In this document: piece after piece, positions 49,693 through 62,777 of the stretch
Layout of the letters: every line of letters begins with the position of its first letter
Position numbering within the stretch: the first letter of the stretch is position 1
Assembly: GCA_033442325.1 (NCBI GenBank)
Contig: JAWQFM010000011.1
Span: 207,131-271,130 of the forward strand
DNA length: 64,000 nucleotides
Source of the DNA: Salpingoeca rosetta
Lineage: Eukaryota > Protista > Choanoflagellata
Reading direction: 5' to 3'
Notes under the pieces: generated by a model
Databases searched by the model: none
What the model saw: only the letters and a program-made list of their open reading frames with translations
What the model was told of the DNA's origin: nothing
Program-made: the position numbers and the translations under genes

Positions 49693-51301
49693 TTTTGTGC
49701 GTGTGTAGTTTTGTTTGTGTAGTTTTGATTTGTGTACCCTCTGTTTAGTTTTTGTGTGTAGTTTGTTGATACTTGGATGTCTTTGCTTTGAGGACTGCAC
49801 GCACGTGTACTCATGTGCACCACCGCCGCCCGCCATCAACAGAGCTGGAAATCTATGATTGTCCCATGCTGACGTTTCGCGGAATTGCAGCTCTCAAAGG
49901 TGTGGTGAATGGCGATGATGATCGTGGTGGTGAATGGCATGCGTGTGTCTCGCAATTGTGTGTGTGTGTGATGCGTGTGTGCAGCTCACGCCAGAATTTC
50001 TTCGCTCGGCGTTTTGGTGCCCGTTGCCCCTTATCCCTCACATCATGGCGGCCACCACTATTGCCACTGTCAGGCGCCCCAAACTTGGCCAGCCTGCACC
50101 TGAGCGGCGCGTTTACAGACTCGTGTGTGGACGCGTTGATGTCTCTCCACCCGCTGGAACATTTTTCCCTCAACGGCGCCAGAGTTTCATCGCAGCAGTT
50201 TGCGCGCTTCCTCTCGTCCCCGACCGCCACCCACCTGCAATCTCTCGCTCTCACATCGTGCCCAGCCCTGGACGGTGCGTGCGTGCGTGTTTGTGCGTAT
50301 GAATGTGTGCATGTATGTGCGCGTCTTTGTGCGAATGAGCATTGTGGGAGAGGCGATGTTGCATGAGAGTGTGCTTTCTGGGCTCTTTCCATGTCTCACA
50401 CGCCGACACTGTCGTGTGTCTTTGCAGATGGAATTCTGCCAAGCATCTGTGGCCTGACCGATTTGGGGCACCTGTCCCTCTCAAAAACACCTGTAAGTCA
50501 CCTCCCTGCTGCAACAAAACAAAGAAACAAACTCAACACACGAAACGACACACACACTGCACGTGTACACGTTTCCACTTCTCACACGACCGGGTTTGTG
50601 TGTGTTACATGGTGTGATGTTTATTCGTCTGTGTACATCACTCACCGCTCTGAAGGTACGCGCGGTGGGCCAGCTGGCGTCTCTGCCACACCTGTATTCC
50701 CTCAATCTCTCGTACACACGCGCGAGCGAGCGGGAAGTGGGTGCCCTCGCCGCTGCAACGAACATGACCACGCTCGGCCTGTTTGGGCTCAATCTCTCAT
50801 CCGACGCCTACGCGCCATGGGCGGGTCAGTCAGTTACTCGTGGCTCTCTCACTATTGCCGTGAAGACTACCACTGTTGGCTTTGTGTGTGCGTGTGTGTA
50901 CGTGTGTGTGCGTGTGTGTGCGTGTGTGTGCGTGTGTGTGCGTGTGTGTACGTGTGTGTACGTGTGTAGTGTATCTCCGCTCGTGCCTGTGCCAATTCTT
51001 TAGTTTTCTAAAACACGCAGGTTGACATCAAAGCGGTTTGTTTTTGCCGCGCTCATCCTTCACCACTCCCAAACTTGACGCCATGTTCAGGGCACGGGAG
51101 CCTGGCTGAATTGACTTTGTCGTCGCGTGATTCCTTTGACGACGCGTGTCTCGCGCACGTGTGCACGTTGACCCACGTCACCACGCTCGATTTGAGCGGA
51201 TACTACCAGCTCACACCGGACGGCCTCAAGGCAATCGCAGCCATGCAGCAGTGAGTTCTGCAAATTGTTTTGTGTGCTTGTGTGTGTGCTTGTGTGTGTG
51301 C

Positions 51302-51368
<67 letters not shown>

Positions 51369-52609
51369 CCTCCCATCATGACGACGACCCAAACATTCAC
51401 ACACATCCGCATCCACACTCACGCACACACACACTTGTACATGTACATACACGTTCCTGTCTGTGGTGTGAAGACTGCAGTCGCTGTCGCTGAGCAACAC
51501 CGCCCTCACCGACGCCGCGTTGCTCCATATTGGGGGTACGTTACGTAACAACCAACAACCAACGACACCAACACCCATTTCAATCACAACAGCGCAGCGT
51601 GTAACATATTCCACCAATCTTCCCATTCTTCGTGCCTTTCACTTCCCGTGTGCTGATATCCCCAATGCTCACACACACACACACACTCTATCTCTCTCTC
51701 TCTCACGCACACACACTCTCTCGCTTCTCACTCACTCGCGCGCAACCCCAACTGCTACCGTCGTGCCAGGTGTTGGGCTGCCCTCCCTGGACACGTTCGA
51801 CATTTCCCGTACAGATGTCACAGACGCATGCGCGCCAGCATTCAAAGGTGCGCGGTTTTTGTGTTGAAACACTTCCCTCGTCACAAAACATCTTCACGCA
51901 ACTCACACAACCACACACACACACACATTTTCATACTCACGCTACCCATTAAATAAACGATGCCATATTCCCCCCTCCCCTCCAAACCACCACCACCACT
52001 ACCACCACCACCATTTTCTCGTTGCGCAGGCTTTGCCGCTGTTGCGCGGCTGAATCTGTCGAGAACGCGCATCACGAACACTTTCTTTCACGCACACGCA
52101 CTCAACGACTGCGCTGCTCTGCAAACGCTCAGCATCGAGCGCACGCACACGAGCACGAAAGGTACGCACATACCACGTGTGCAACAGGCAGTGATGCCAT
52201 TGGACAGGACCTGTCCGTCACTCGTCGTAGCGACAACTCGTAACTGTAACTCGTAACCGTGCACTGCTTGTTTGCAGGACTGGCTGAGCTGAACGGGCTC
52301 TCTCGTCTGCAGTCTGTCAATGCACGGCACACGTGGGTGTCACCAACCAAGATCCCCGCTGCCCTTCCCTGTGAGTTGTTGGGGTGCGTGGGGTTGGCTG
52401 TCCCAGTGATCATAATGACATCCTCTTAAGCCCCTTCCCCCACGCCAATCAAGCACCATCAAACTTGCCAACTCACGTGCTGTGACATTACTCAACACTG
52501 CTCCAACATAGCTGTGCACGTTGATTGCAGCTTTGCCGAGGATCGTTCCGAGTTTGTGATGGACGACACAGATGAGGAGGACCTTCCATCCATGCTTCAC
52601 CGCCCGTGA
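46244..52609 (+). CDS. UBA-UBX-(SHP-like boxes)-BC-box-leucine-rich repeat protein
   Basis: UBA: [26 protein letters not shown]. Coiled coil. UBX: IQVRLPNG...LILNHPKK/...[14 protein letters not shown]-box-like: [22 protein letters not shown]. Many LRRs: [54 protein letters not shown]. The last exon is uncertain. Confidence 0.8.
47521..47617 (+). repeat. (CAGCCA)n hexamer encoding a Gln-Pro repeat linker
   Basis: Within a coding exon just upstream of the UBX domain. Confidence 0.9.
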
Positions 52610-52942
52610 TGTGATGTGCGTGTGCGTGTGATTGTATGTTTAACTCATCCATTTTGCGTTTTCTTACGTCTTCCGTCTGGTTTTCATGATGATACGGGTT
52701 TACTTATGAATTGGATGGTCTGCCTAACTGATGATGGAAGTGAAAATGACAATGAAACACGTTCAGATGCCAGCTGCGCAAGATCGCGTGCACACGCACA
52801 CGCTCGAGTGATGTCTGAAAGTTTGAGTTATGGTTGTTACATTAATCAACCATCGATGTCAAACGCAAGGAGTCAAATACACGGTGATAAACACACAAAC
52901 AAACACGCACGCACACGCACGCACACGCGCGCGCGCGCGCTG

Positions 52943-53936
52943 CTACACCTCCTGGGCCTCGGGCTCGGAGTGCTCTGAGATGTAATCGTCGGGGCTGAGG
53001 TGCAGCGTCTGCTTGTAGCGGCCATTGGTGGCTGATCGATACACCATGCCCTGCTGCTCCAGCCACGACAGCACACGCCTGGCGAGATGGAATGATGAAT
53101 GGGGTGACAGTGAGAAGGCCCTTGTTGTATGTGGCACTTTGGACTTGACAGTGACAGCAATATCATACACGTACACGGGCGCACACAAACATCAACTTGC
53201 ACACACACATACACACACACACACACACAAACACACACAAACACAAACACACACAAACACAAACACACATACACACACAAACACAAACTCACAGAACACA
53301 CAACTGTACGCAGACGCAGACGCACACGCGCGCACAAAACGTGTAGCTGCTGACTCACATGAGTCTGCCGTGGCTGACGGGCACGTGGGAGCAGGTTTCC
53401 AGGTCCTTCGGTTCAACCCCTTCCTCCATGGCCAGTGATGTAATGGCGTGGTACACAGACTTGGCGCCAGAGGGCATGTTCACGACGCCAAACTTGCACT
53501 CAAACTCCTCAATCGCCAGCAGCATATCGGATGATGGCGCGGGCAGTGTGCAGGGAAGTGTTCCCGCACACAGGCCAACACGCACACCAAGTGTGGAGAA
53601 CACACTGCGACCAGAGCTTGCGCGCCTGTTGAGCTTGCTGTGTGACGGCAGCGTCCCATAACCCCACGTGTGCGTCTATCAAGGCATGGGGCGAAGACAA
53701 AGACACGAACGCATGAGGTGGACGCTGATGGAAGCGTGGAACGACAAGGAAAACATCACGCACTTGGCTTGCATGATTGCACTCAGAGATCACAAACATA
53801 CATTCCCATGCTAACACACACACACACACACACACACACGGTCACGCACACACAACACACAAACAATCACACACAACACACACACACGCACACACACGCA
53901 CACACACGGTCACGCACACACAACACACAAACAATC

Positions 53937-53976
<40 letters not shown>

Positions 53977-55556
53977 GGGAGCCACGTGCGTCCAACCTGC
54001 AATGAGAGCTGCAGGATGGCGTCTGCGTCGTGCAAGTCGACATCGCCAGTGCATCCGCCCAACACGCAGATCTTTCCAAAACAGCACACGGCGGCCAGCT
54101 GACTTCGCGGGTGCGGGAGAGGTGGCCCTGGCATCCATTCGCCTGCACCGGGGTGGAGGACTTCCACAGACGACAATTCGTCTCCGTTGACGTCACGCCC
54201 ACCAATGACATACACACTGCCGTCAACACCGCAGACGGCAGTGCGGCTCCTGGCAACGGCGAGGGGAGGAAGCTGTGTCCACTTGTTTGTGATTGCATCA
54301 AACGCAGCAACTGGCCAATGATTGGCAGGGGGTGTTGTGATGTGAACATAGTTTGTGTGAGTTCACCAAAGAAAGCATGGGCGCTTCAGCGTTAGCTGCG
54401 CGAGACGAGCACACACACACACACATACATACGTAATCATGAAAGTGCAAACGAAGGCATAGAACAGCACACACACGCACACTTACACACAAGGAACAGA
54501 CAAGCAAACAAACGAACAAACAAACACAAACACACACAGTTACACAAACAAACAAGCAAACAAACAACACACACACAAGCAAACACAAACAAACACAAAC
54601 AACACACACACACACAAGCAAACACAAACAAATACAAACAAACACAACCAATCAAACAGCAAGCAGGACCAAAACTCTCACCATCGCTTGTTGGTTCGCC
54701 TGCTGACGTCTCACCGCCAACAACAACAATCACAGCAGAATCGCCAATCGCGGTGCAGGCGTGGTGTGTGCGGGCCTGTCGCATGGCAGGCAGTGCCGTC
54801 CACGCTCTCGTCTGCGTGTGATAGGATGAGAGACATGCCTGCGCGAAACCATCGGGGCCGTGTCCGCCAAGCACGTAGATGGTGCTGTCGACAGAAGCAG
54901 CGGCTGCACCAGCGAGGCACGCACGCGACGGTGGCAGTGTTGTCCAGGCATTGCACGTCGCGTCAAACACTTCGCATGAGCCAAACGCATTCTCGCCACC
55001 GAACACATACAAGTGCGCGCCAACGACGACAGATGCCGCACACACGCGGGGAAGGTGTGCCTCAGCCAACGACACCCACGTGTTTGTCTCGTGGTGGAAT
55101 GCTTGCAACGAGTACCCCACATCCCTCATGCCTTCGCCGCCGCACACAACAATGCGTGGAACAGGGCCTGCACTCCCCGACAGCGGCACAGACGGCGCGC
55201 CTGTCTCTGATTCATGCGCTGATGGCGCTGTAATTGCTGTCCACGGCACGCCCGCGGGCATGTGTTGTTCACGCTTCGCTGCTGCTGACTGCTTCGCAGC
55301 ACCCGCGCGCGTGGGCAGCGCTCTGTTTGCTGTTGTCTGGCCGAGCGGGGAAATGTGACCGTCACCATCATCGCGAACACGTGCACCGGCAAGATCAAAG
55401 GCACCATGCCAACCGCTGCTGTTGGACATGTGCGATTGCGAGTGTGATATCTGCGTGGAACGCTTTGGTTGCGGCTGCTGGCGCTGAAACGCTGGCATCG
55501 TGTACGCTGTTCTGTCAACATCGAGATCATCAAGCGATCGCCACTCATTCTCTCCC

Positions 55557-55621
<65 letters not shown>

Positions 55622-57446
55622 GTCATCATCATCATCATCGTCATCGTCACATTGATCGTTGGCTTTGCTGCAGTTTGCTGTGGTATCCATTGCATCGCCA
55701 CCAACATCATCAGCATCAATGACAGTAGCGTGCCGGTGTGCGCACACCATTTGATCAGGTTCATTGTCGTTGTCGTCGTCATCACCACGGCACTCGTCAC
55801 ATTCGTCCAAGTGCGGGTCGCTAACTTCAGCCATCTCATCACTTGGGTCGCCACCATCAAAAGAAGCGTCAGCCGCTCCTGTGCGCATGAACATGCTGTC
55901 GTCCTCGAAAAATGCCGGCGGTGGAAACGCTGTCAGCGGGTTCATGTTGGCATTGACTGCCGCAAAAGCGCCCGTGTGCTCGGCGTCCGCAGCCCAGAAC
56001 ATGGCGGGTGGCGGAATAAACTCGCTGTCACTCCGTCCATCACCATCACCATCACCATCACCATACTCATACCCACCATCATGACCATAGTCAAAGCTGC
56101 AAGCGTTGGCCACACCGGAGACACCACTGCGGCCATCGCCTTGAGAATGCTGCTGATCAGGGTGGCAACGGCTGAGGTGGTGCATCCGAATTGGCGACTC
56201 GTCTGCTGTGGATGACGTGAATGACCACACGCGCTCGCGTGCGCTTGTGCCGTCATCACGAAGGCCTCTGGACAATGAGATGTCACGGAAAGGGAAGTCA
56301 ACACCCCCACGCATGTGGTCGTCATCACCATCCCCAACAGTATCCTGAACACCACCATCATAGGCATAGGTGCTGTCGTTCTCATCCATCGCGGACGTGT
56401 GATGGGAGCTGCGTCGCAACGGCGCGAGCGTGAAGCGTGTCGACTCCTGGGGTGCAGATATCGTGCTCACATCACCAATCCCACCACCAGTGCCACAGTC
56501 ACCGCCGCTGTCTGCATTCTCCTCTTCACCATCACGGCCGTGAGTTTCCCCTTCAAGTGCAACAGCGGGTCGCCCTGCAATCGAGGCAGAAGCTGCCGTG
56601 TTGACGCCTGTGGCGTGCATTGCGCTGTCTTCACTCGCAACATGAGCGCCCTCCTCATTGCTGTCTGTCTGGCATCCTTGTGACACGAGGTGACGCAGGT
56701 GCAGCACGGGCAGTGGTGTTGTGCGTGGCGAGACGCTGGCAAACACAGACTCTGCTGATGGCGAGCGCGTGCGCGTGTGCGAAGACGCAGAGAAGCGCGA
56801 GTAACGGCGTGTTGATGCGTGGGACGAAGTCGCTGACAGCCGGCGCGATGACTGCGGGAACGGCAGTGGTGGTGGTGATGATGATGCCCGTGCTGCTGCA
56901 TCTGCGGGGGTGAGTGTGAGCAGCGGCACGTGTGAGGACAGCCCCACGCCACGGCTGGTGACGCTGCTGCTGCGGCTGACACTTCCACCACTTGATCGCG
57001 CCATTGTCCCAAAGGACGGCGGTAACTGCCCGCTGCTCACGCTCGCACGGCGCAAACCCCGCGATTGTGACGACTGGTGCTGATGGTGTTGGTGTTGGTG
57101 TTGGTGTTGGTGTTGGTGTTGGTGTTGGTGTTGGTGTTGATACGCGTTGGGGTGTGGATCGAACGTAGGTGGTGTGTTGCGGCGGCGGCGGTTGTGGTGG
57201 TATGGTAGCATGTGACGAAGCGACTGCGCAGTGAGTGAACGAGACAACATGCCCGAGCCCTGGCGTGGCGGTGGTGTGGATGATGCCATGACAGACTGCG
57301 CAACGGAATTTGAGCGTGGGAGACGTGGACGTGAGGGAAGCTTGCGCCGGCGTTCGCGTCCGGCTGCTTGCAGCGATGGATCAACTGCCGATGAACTCCT
57401 CACCTGCTGCTGCTGGTGCTGTTGTTGTTGTTGTTGTTGTTGTTGC

Positions 57447-57486
<40 letters not shown>

Positions 57487-57542
57487 GCTGTTGTTGTTGT
57501 TGTTGTTGTTGTCGTCGTTGTTGTTGTTGTTCTTCTTCTTCT

Positions 57543-57580
<38 letters not shown>

Positions 57581-59609
57581 TTGTTGTTGTTGCTGCTGCT
57601 CCACATCGCGTGCGTCATGGCTGGCGTGCGCCGTGTTTGTGTCGCCGCCACAATCACCACCATGAGCATGACCATCACGATGCTTCGCCTCCACGGATGC
57701 ACGATGGGGCGCGCGCAAGTTCACGAGGGCAGATGGCACAGCACCGCCACATGCAGCGGTTAGAGCTGATGCCAGCTCGCTCCATGCACGCGCGCCAATC
57801 AGTGAGATGACTGGTGGACGCGGAGGTACAGCGTGGACAGCAGGCAGCGTGCGACGACGCGGTGACACGCTCGTGCGAACAGCGCTAAACTCCCGCGATT
57901 CTGCTGCCGCTGCAGTTGCTGCTGCTGCTGATGTTGGCCTGCTGTGATAACCGTGTGACAATGATTGCATCGCAGCACCATCTTGCTCGTCTCCATATTG
58001 ACCACCAGTGCCCATACCACCGCCTCCACCGTCGCTGCCATCAACATCGTCAGCCTTGCTCTGCGTTGATGATCCACGTTTGCTGAGTCGCAATCGCCGT
58101 TTCCACCACCGCTTTCGCCCAGAGCTGCGGCCCCGACCACCACCACCGCCGCCAGCAGCAGCAGTAGTCGGCGTTGTGGTGCTTTCGCTGTCGATCGTGT
58201 CGTTTGCACTGCTGGTGCTGTTGTTGGCACAGGCGGGTTTGCGGATGTGGGCTGGTGGCGCTGTTGTGGGTGTGTGTGCGCGTGCATGGGCTGTTCGTTC
58301 CCGCACACTGGCTGGGCGAGCGGGCCTGTGCTGTGGTGTGACCGCCAGAGCGCTGTGCTCGCTTGTCGACGTCTCTGTGCTGCTTCCCAAACTGCGAGCA
58401 CGCGCACGCATGCCTGTCGTTGTGTGTGAATTTCGCGGCGCCTTTGGCTGGGTGCGACCGGACAGCCGTGCCGGTGACACACGCGGAACCAAAGGCCTAA
58501 ACGCGGGCGAGGAGGAGTGGGAATGACGCAAGAGCTGCAGTTGATTGCGACTGGCCGGCGATTGGGAAGCTGTTGCCGGTATTGCCGTGTCTGTGTTTGA
58601 TGCAAAGATGTGCTGCTGCCCTTGTTCTTCACCATGTGTTGGGGATGTGAGTGCAGCACTAGCAGTGGCACTAGCAGTCGTGGTAGTGGCGGTGGTGGTG
58701 GTGGTGGTGGTGACACTGCCGCTCCTGCTGCTTCGCTGCTGTCGTGCATAACCACTTGCGTTGGTCAACGCAGCCAGTACACAGGGAGGTAACTGCTCTT
58801 GCCCTTGCTGCTGTTGCTGTGCTGGTGTGCGGGCATGGAGCCAGCGCGAGAGAAGCATGACAACGTCATCCAGCTGGTGTGGCGGGCGAGCAGCAATGAG
58901 CATGCTTGCAAGCATTGTGGCCGGCCATGCAGTGAAGGGCGACGAGTCAAGCCGCCGCGTGCTTGTGTCACACGCACTGTGACCGTCATCACAAGAAACG
59001 AAGCCGCTGCTGGTGGCTGTTGTCGTCTGCTCAACAGCAGCACGAGTGTCATCAGCGTCAGCGGCGAAGGCGCTTGTAGTGACATGGCACAGGGCGGTCG
59101 CAACAACGTGCTCTCGGATGCCGCGCAGGTTTGGATGTTGAGCACGGCGCCACCACGAGCCAAGCACATGCGCGGGACTTGCGCATGCAGTGATTCTGTT
59201 CGCAGTGGCGGCCGATGGTTGCAGGCACTCGGTAATGTGCTGTTTTGCGCGGGCCACCAGCAGTTCACAGACGTGATGCATCTGCAGCTGATGCGCAACA
59301 GCAAAGACGTCTTCGAACCACACGGCAAAGGGGGATTGCGCATCCGTCGTGGATGAGGGGGAGGTCATGGTCGAAGTGGGCAAAGAAGGTGGGCTGGTGT
59401 CGGCGAAAGAGGCAGCCTGGTCCACGCCCTGGCCATACATCAAGGCGACCAAAATGCACAGTGCTTGCGGAACAACGGCGTCCACCTGTATCCTGATCAA
59501 GTTGAGCCCGCGATCGCCCCTGCCGGCACCATTGCGCTTTCTTGTTGACGATGCAGCACGGCCATCCTTGGAGCGGGAACGAAAAGAGAGGACGCGTCGG
59601 CCGGACGAG

Positions 59610-59649
<40 letters not shown>

Positions 59650-59965
59650 CGGCCATACTGGCCAAGACAGGGCTGAGAGGAAAGGCCACGAAGGAGTGGC
59701 AGGGAAAGGCTGCTGTTTCAGCGCCTTCGGTGTTGGTCACAACGAGCTCCAGGTCACATGGCGGCGGGGAGCATCTTGCTGCGGGTGGAGGCGATGCCGT
59801 GCCGTCCTGGTGACGATCAGCACTGGTGCTGCGAGGTGACACAGAGCAGCAAAACGCGTCTCTTGCGTGCTGTTGCTGGCCGGCCCACAGGTGGTCGAGA
59901 ATTGGCTGGAACACGGCGTTTTGGTAGGCCACCATGCCCGTGCACACGGCGTCGGGCGCCCCCAT
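52943..59965 (-). CDS. Large BTB/POZ-Kelch protein with long low-complexity linker and C-terminal winged-helix-like domain
   Basis: BTB-like CDLELVV...FPCHSFVAFPLSPVLASM...LVALMYG...AHQLQM. Kelch repeats IVVCGG, LYVFGG, IYVLGG, VVVGG, VYVIGG, ICVLGG with spaced Trp. Exons 59965-54682, 54310-53997, 53676-53359, 53078-52943 are phase-consistent. Confidence 0.82.
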
Positions 59966-60401
59966 GATAGAAGGCGGGCAGGGCAAAACAAAGCCACGGC
60001 CGGCCACCCCTGGCTTGCCTGTCTCCTTGAGGCTTGTGCCTTCTTGGCTGCTTGCAGAGATGAGAGCGCAAGCACACGGAACAAAGTTCAAACCAAAATG
60101 CGTCGTCCCACACGCACGCAAACACACACACACAACCAACACAACACAGCAGGCAGTGGTGTGCTGTGTTGTGGGCGTGCACCCTTCTTCTTTTCTTGCT
60201 AGCGCGGCGCGCTCGCCACTGAACTCCTGAAAATCTGCTGGTGTGAGCGCAAATTGTCTGCCAATAACGGATTGTGGCGGAGGACGAAGACGAAGAATCC
60301 TGAGCGAGCTGAGCGGTGAGGAGGCAAAGGCTGAGGGAGAGAGAGGAGCAGTTGGCGCAAGTAAGTGGAGCAGGGGGCAGCGCGAGTGGTAAAGAGAAGC
60401 C

Positions 60402-60740
60402 ATGTCTGATGAAGATGAGTCTGTGGAAGGGGTGGGGGAGGAGGAGGAGGAGGAGGAGATGAGCGAAGATTGCCAATACATGGATGAAGGGGACTTGCCA
60501 CGGGACATTGGCGACAGTGGTGTCTGGACGCTGTCGTCTTGCAAAGCAGGGTTTGGAATCCAGCAACTGCGCGACCCAAGCACCACCATCTACTGGCAGT
60601 GCGTTCAGCTGAGTGTGTGTGCGTGTGTGCGTGTGTGTGTGTGTGCGTGTGTGTTTGTTGTGTGTGATGTGTGTGTATGTTTGTGCGAGCGTGTTTGTGT
60701 GTGCGTTCAGCTGAGTGCGTTCAGCTGAGTGCTTGTGCGT

Positions 60741-60782
<42 letters not shown>

Positions 60783-62247
60783 TTGTCCAACTTTGAGTTG
60801 TGTTCTGAAGGGTATGCTTGGGTGTGCATCTTCTTTTGCCTGTGTGTACTTTTGTATGATTGAGCGTGTTTCCAGCACGTGTGCAAATTATTGACTGCAC
60901 ACGCTATGTCGTTGATATTCTTTTGAACTTTCATGCACACACGCACGCACGCATGCAGGTCGGACGGGCCTCAACCGCACTTGGTGACCATTGAGTTTCT
61001 GCAACGCACAGCGCTTGCTGTGAGTTGTCCTGTCGCAGACAGGCAGGTGCCAAGTTGTCAGTAACTTGTCATGCGTGTGATGTCCACCATGGCGTCTTGG
61101 TTTCCTCACCCCTGTTCTCTGCTCTTGAAACTGCAGTCGTTTTCCATCTACGTTGATTCCACGCTGGATGAAAGCTACACGCCCAAGACCTTGAGCGTTC
61201 GTGTTGGATCGCACCATCATGACCTCCGAGTGCGTACCAGAAACCCAATGAGAGGACACGAATGACTAGCGGTGCAGGAGGCATCTCAACACACACACAC
61301 ACGCCGTATGCGCAATCGTGAGTGTTTCCTGTACCATGACACACACGCACACGCACATGCGCATGTTGCTCAGGAGGTGAAAGTCGTTAATCTTCAAGCG
61401 GCCGTGCAGGGCTGGAGGAATATCACTCTCGCCACACCAACAAAGGGGTGCGACTTGTGTCTGTGGTGTGTGTGTGTGTGTGTGTTTGTGTGCGTCTGTG
61501 TGTGCGACTTGTGTGTGTGTGTGCGTGTCTGTCTGTGCGTTTGTGTGTGTTTGTGTGCGTCTGTGCGTCTGTGTGTCTGTGTGTGTCTGTGTGTCTGTGT
61601 GTGTCTGTGTTCGTGCCTAGGTCTGCCTGTGTGTGCGTGTGTTGAGTGGATTTTGCGAAAGTGCGTCGTGAATGTCCAGTTTGGCTGTGTGCTGTGCACT
61701 GGCGTTTGAAGTGAGACCTCCCATCACGCGTGCAGACGTGACAATGCATTTCCTCTCACAGTGCAGTCGTCTTATTGCGTGTGTGCAGGTATCGAAAGGT
61801 GTTTGTGCTGCAGGTTGCCATCATCGCCAATCACCAGAATGGACGCGATACTCATCTCAGGGCGCTTCGCGTACACCCGCCAGAACAAGAGTGCGTAGTG
61901 TGTGTGTGTGTGTGTGCTTGTGTGTGTGTGTGTGTGCGTGTGTGTGTGTGCGTGCGTGCGTGTCTTTGTATCTATCTGCCTGCCTGCCTGTCTGTCTGTC
62001 TGTCTGTCTGTCTGTCGTTCTATCTGCATGTGTGTCTGCCTGCCTGTCTGTCTGTCTGTGTGTGGTGTGTGCAACAGTGCGTGCGCGTGCTTTATGACTG
62101 GCACTGTCTCGCTGAGCATCGCTGTCTGCCTGCCTCACACCCTCATCGCTCGCCCCATGGCACATCACCACCACCAGCAAACCCATCAACCAAGGCAGCA
62201 TCCTCAACACCAGCAACTTTATGGACTTTTCCTCAACCATCCGATAA
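60402..62247 (+). CDS. ANAPC10: Anaphase-promoting complex subunit 10 (DOC1)
   Basis: [18 protein letters not shown]...[25 protein letters not shown], and a C-terminal IR tail (...FSSTIR*). Confidence 0.93.
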
Positions 62248-62777
62248 TCAGCATCGATTGCGACGTGTGTGGGTGTGTGTTGTGCGTTATGTGTGTGTGC
62301 GTGTGTTGTTTGCGCTGCTGGTCAGTGCCATGGCTGTTGGTTCCTCTCATTTCAGGTGTCGTTGGTATGTGGTGGCGGTGGACGTTGCAGTCGTCTCGTG
62401 ATTTCGCTTCATGTCATGCAGTTTCATGTCCGAGCACCATGAACAAGTAAACGCTTCCCGGAAACCATGAGTTGATTGACGCTTTCGCAGCAAGCATGGG
62501 AATCGTGGAGTTGTGCCCCGGTCAGTGATTCATGAATCAATCGATCATCCATGCACGCTGTTGCTTTACTTGTTGGGTGAACCCCACAAACACACCCACA
62601 CACACACACACAAACACAAACACACACACAAACTGCAAGCACTCGTACGCGCAAACACCACAAGGCAGCTCATAGGGACAAGCAAACAGGCAACCATGAC
62701 ACGCGTACACACGCATTCATCATTGTACACAAGTACGCAATCATACATAGCACACATCACCACGCAAGCACGTGCAA

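Noticed and set aside
59966-60589. N-terminal extension of the 2050-aa ORF overlapping APC10 antisense
   Set aside because: It overlaps APC10 exon 1 on the opposite strand and includes promoter-like CA repeats; the BTB domain begins after the ATG at 59965.
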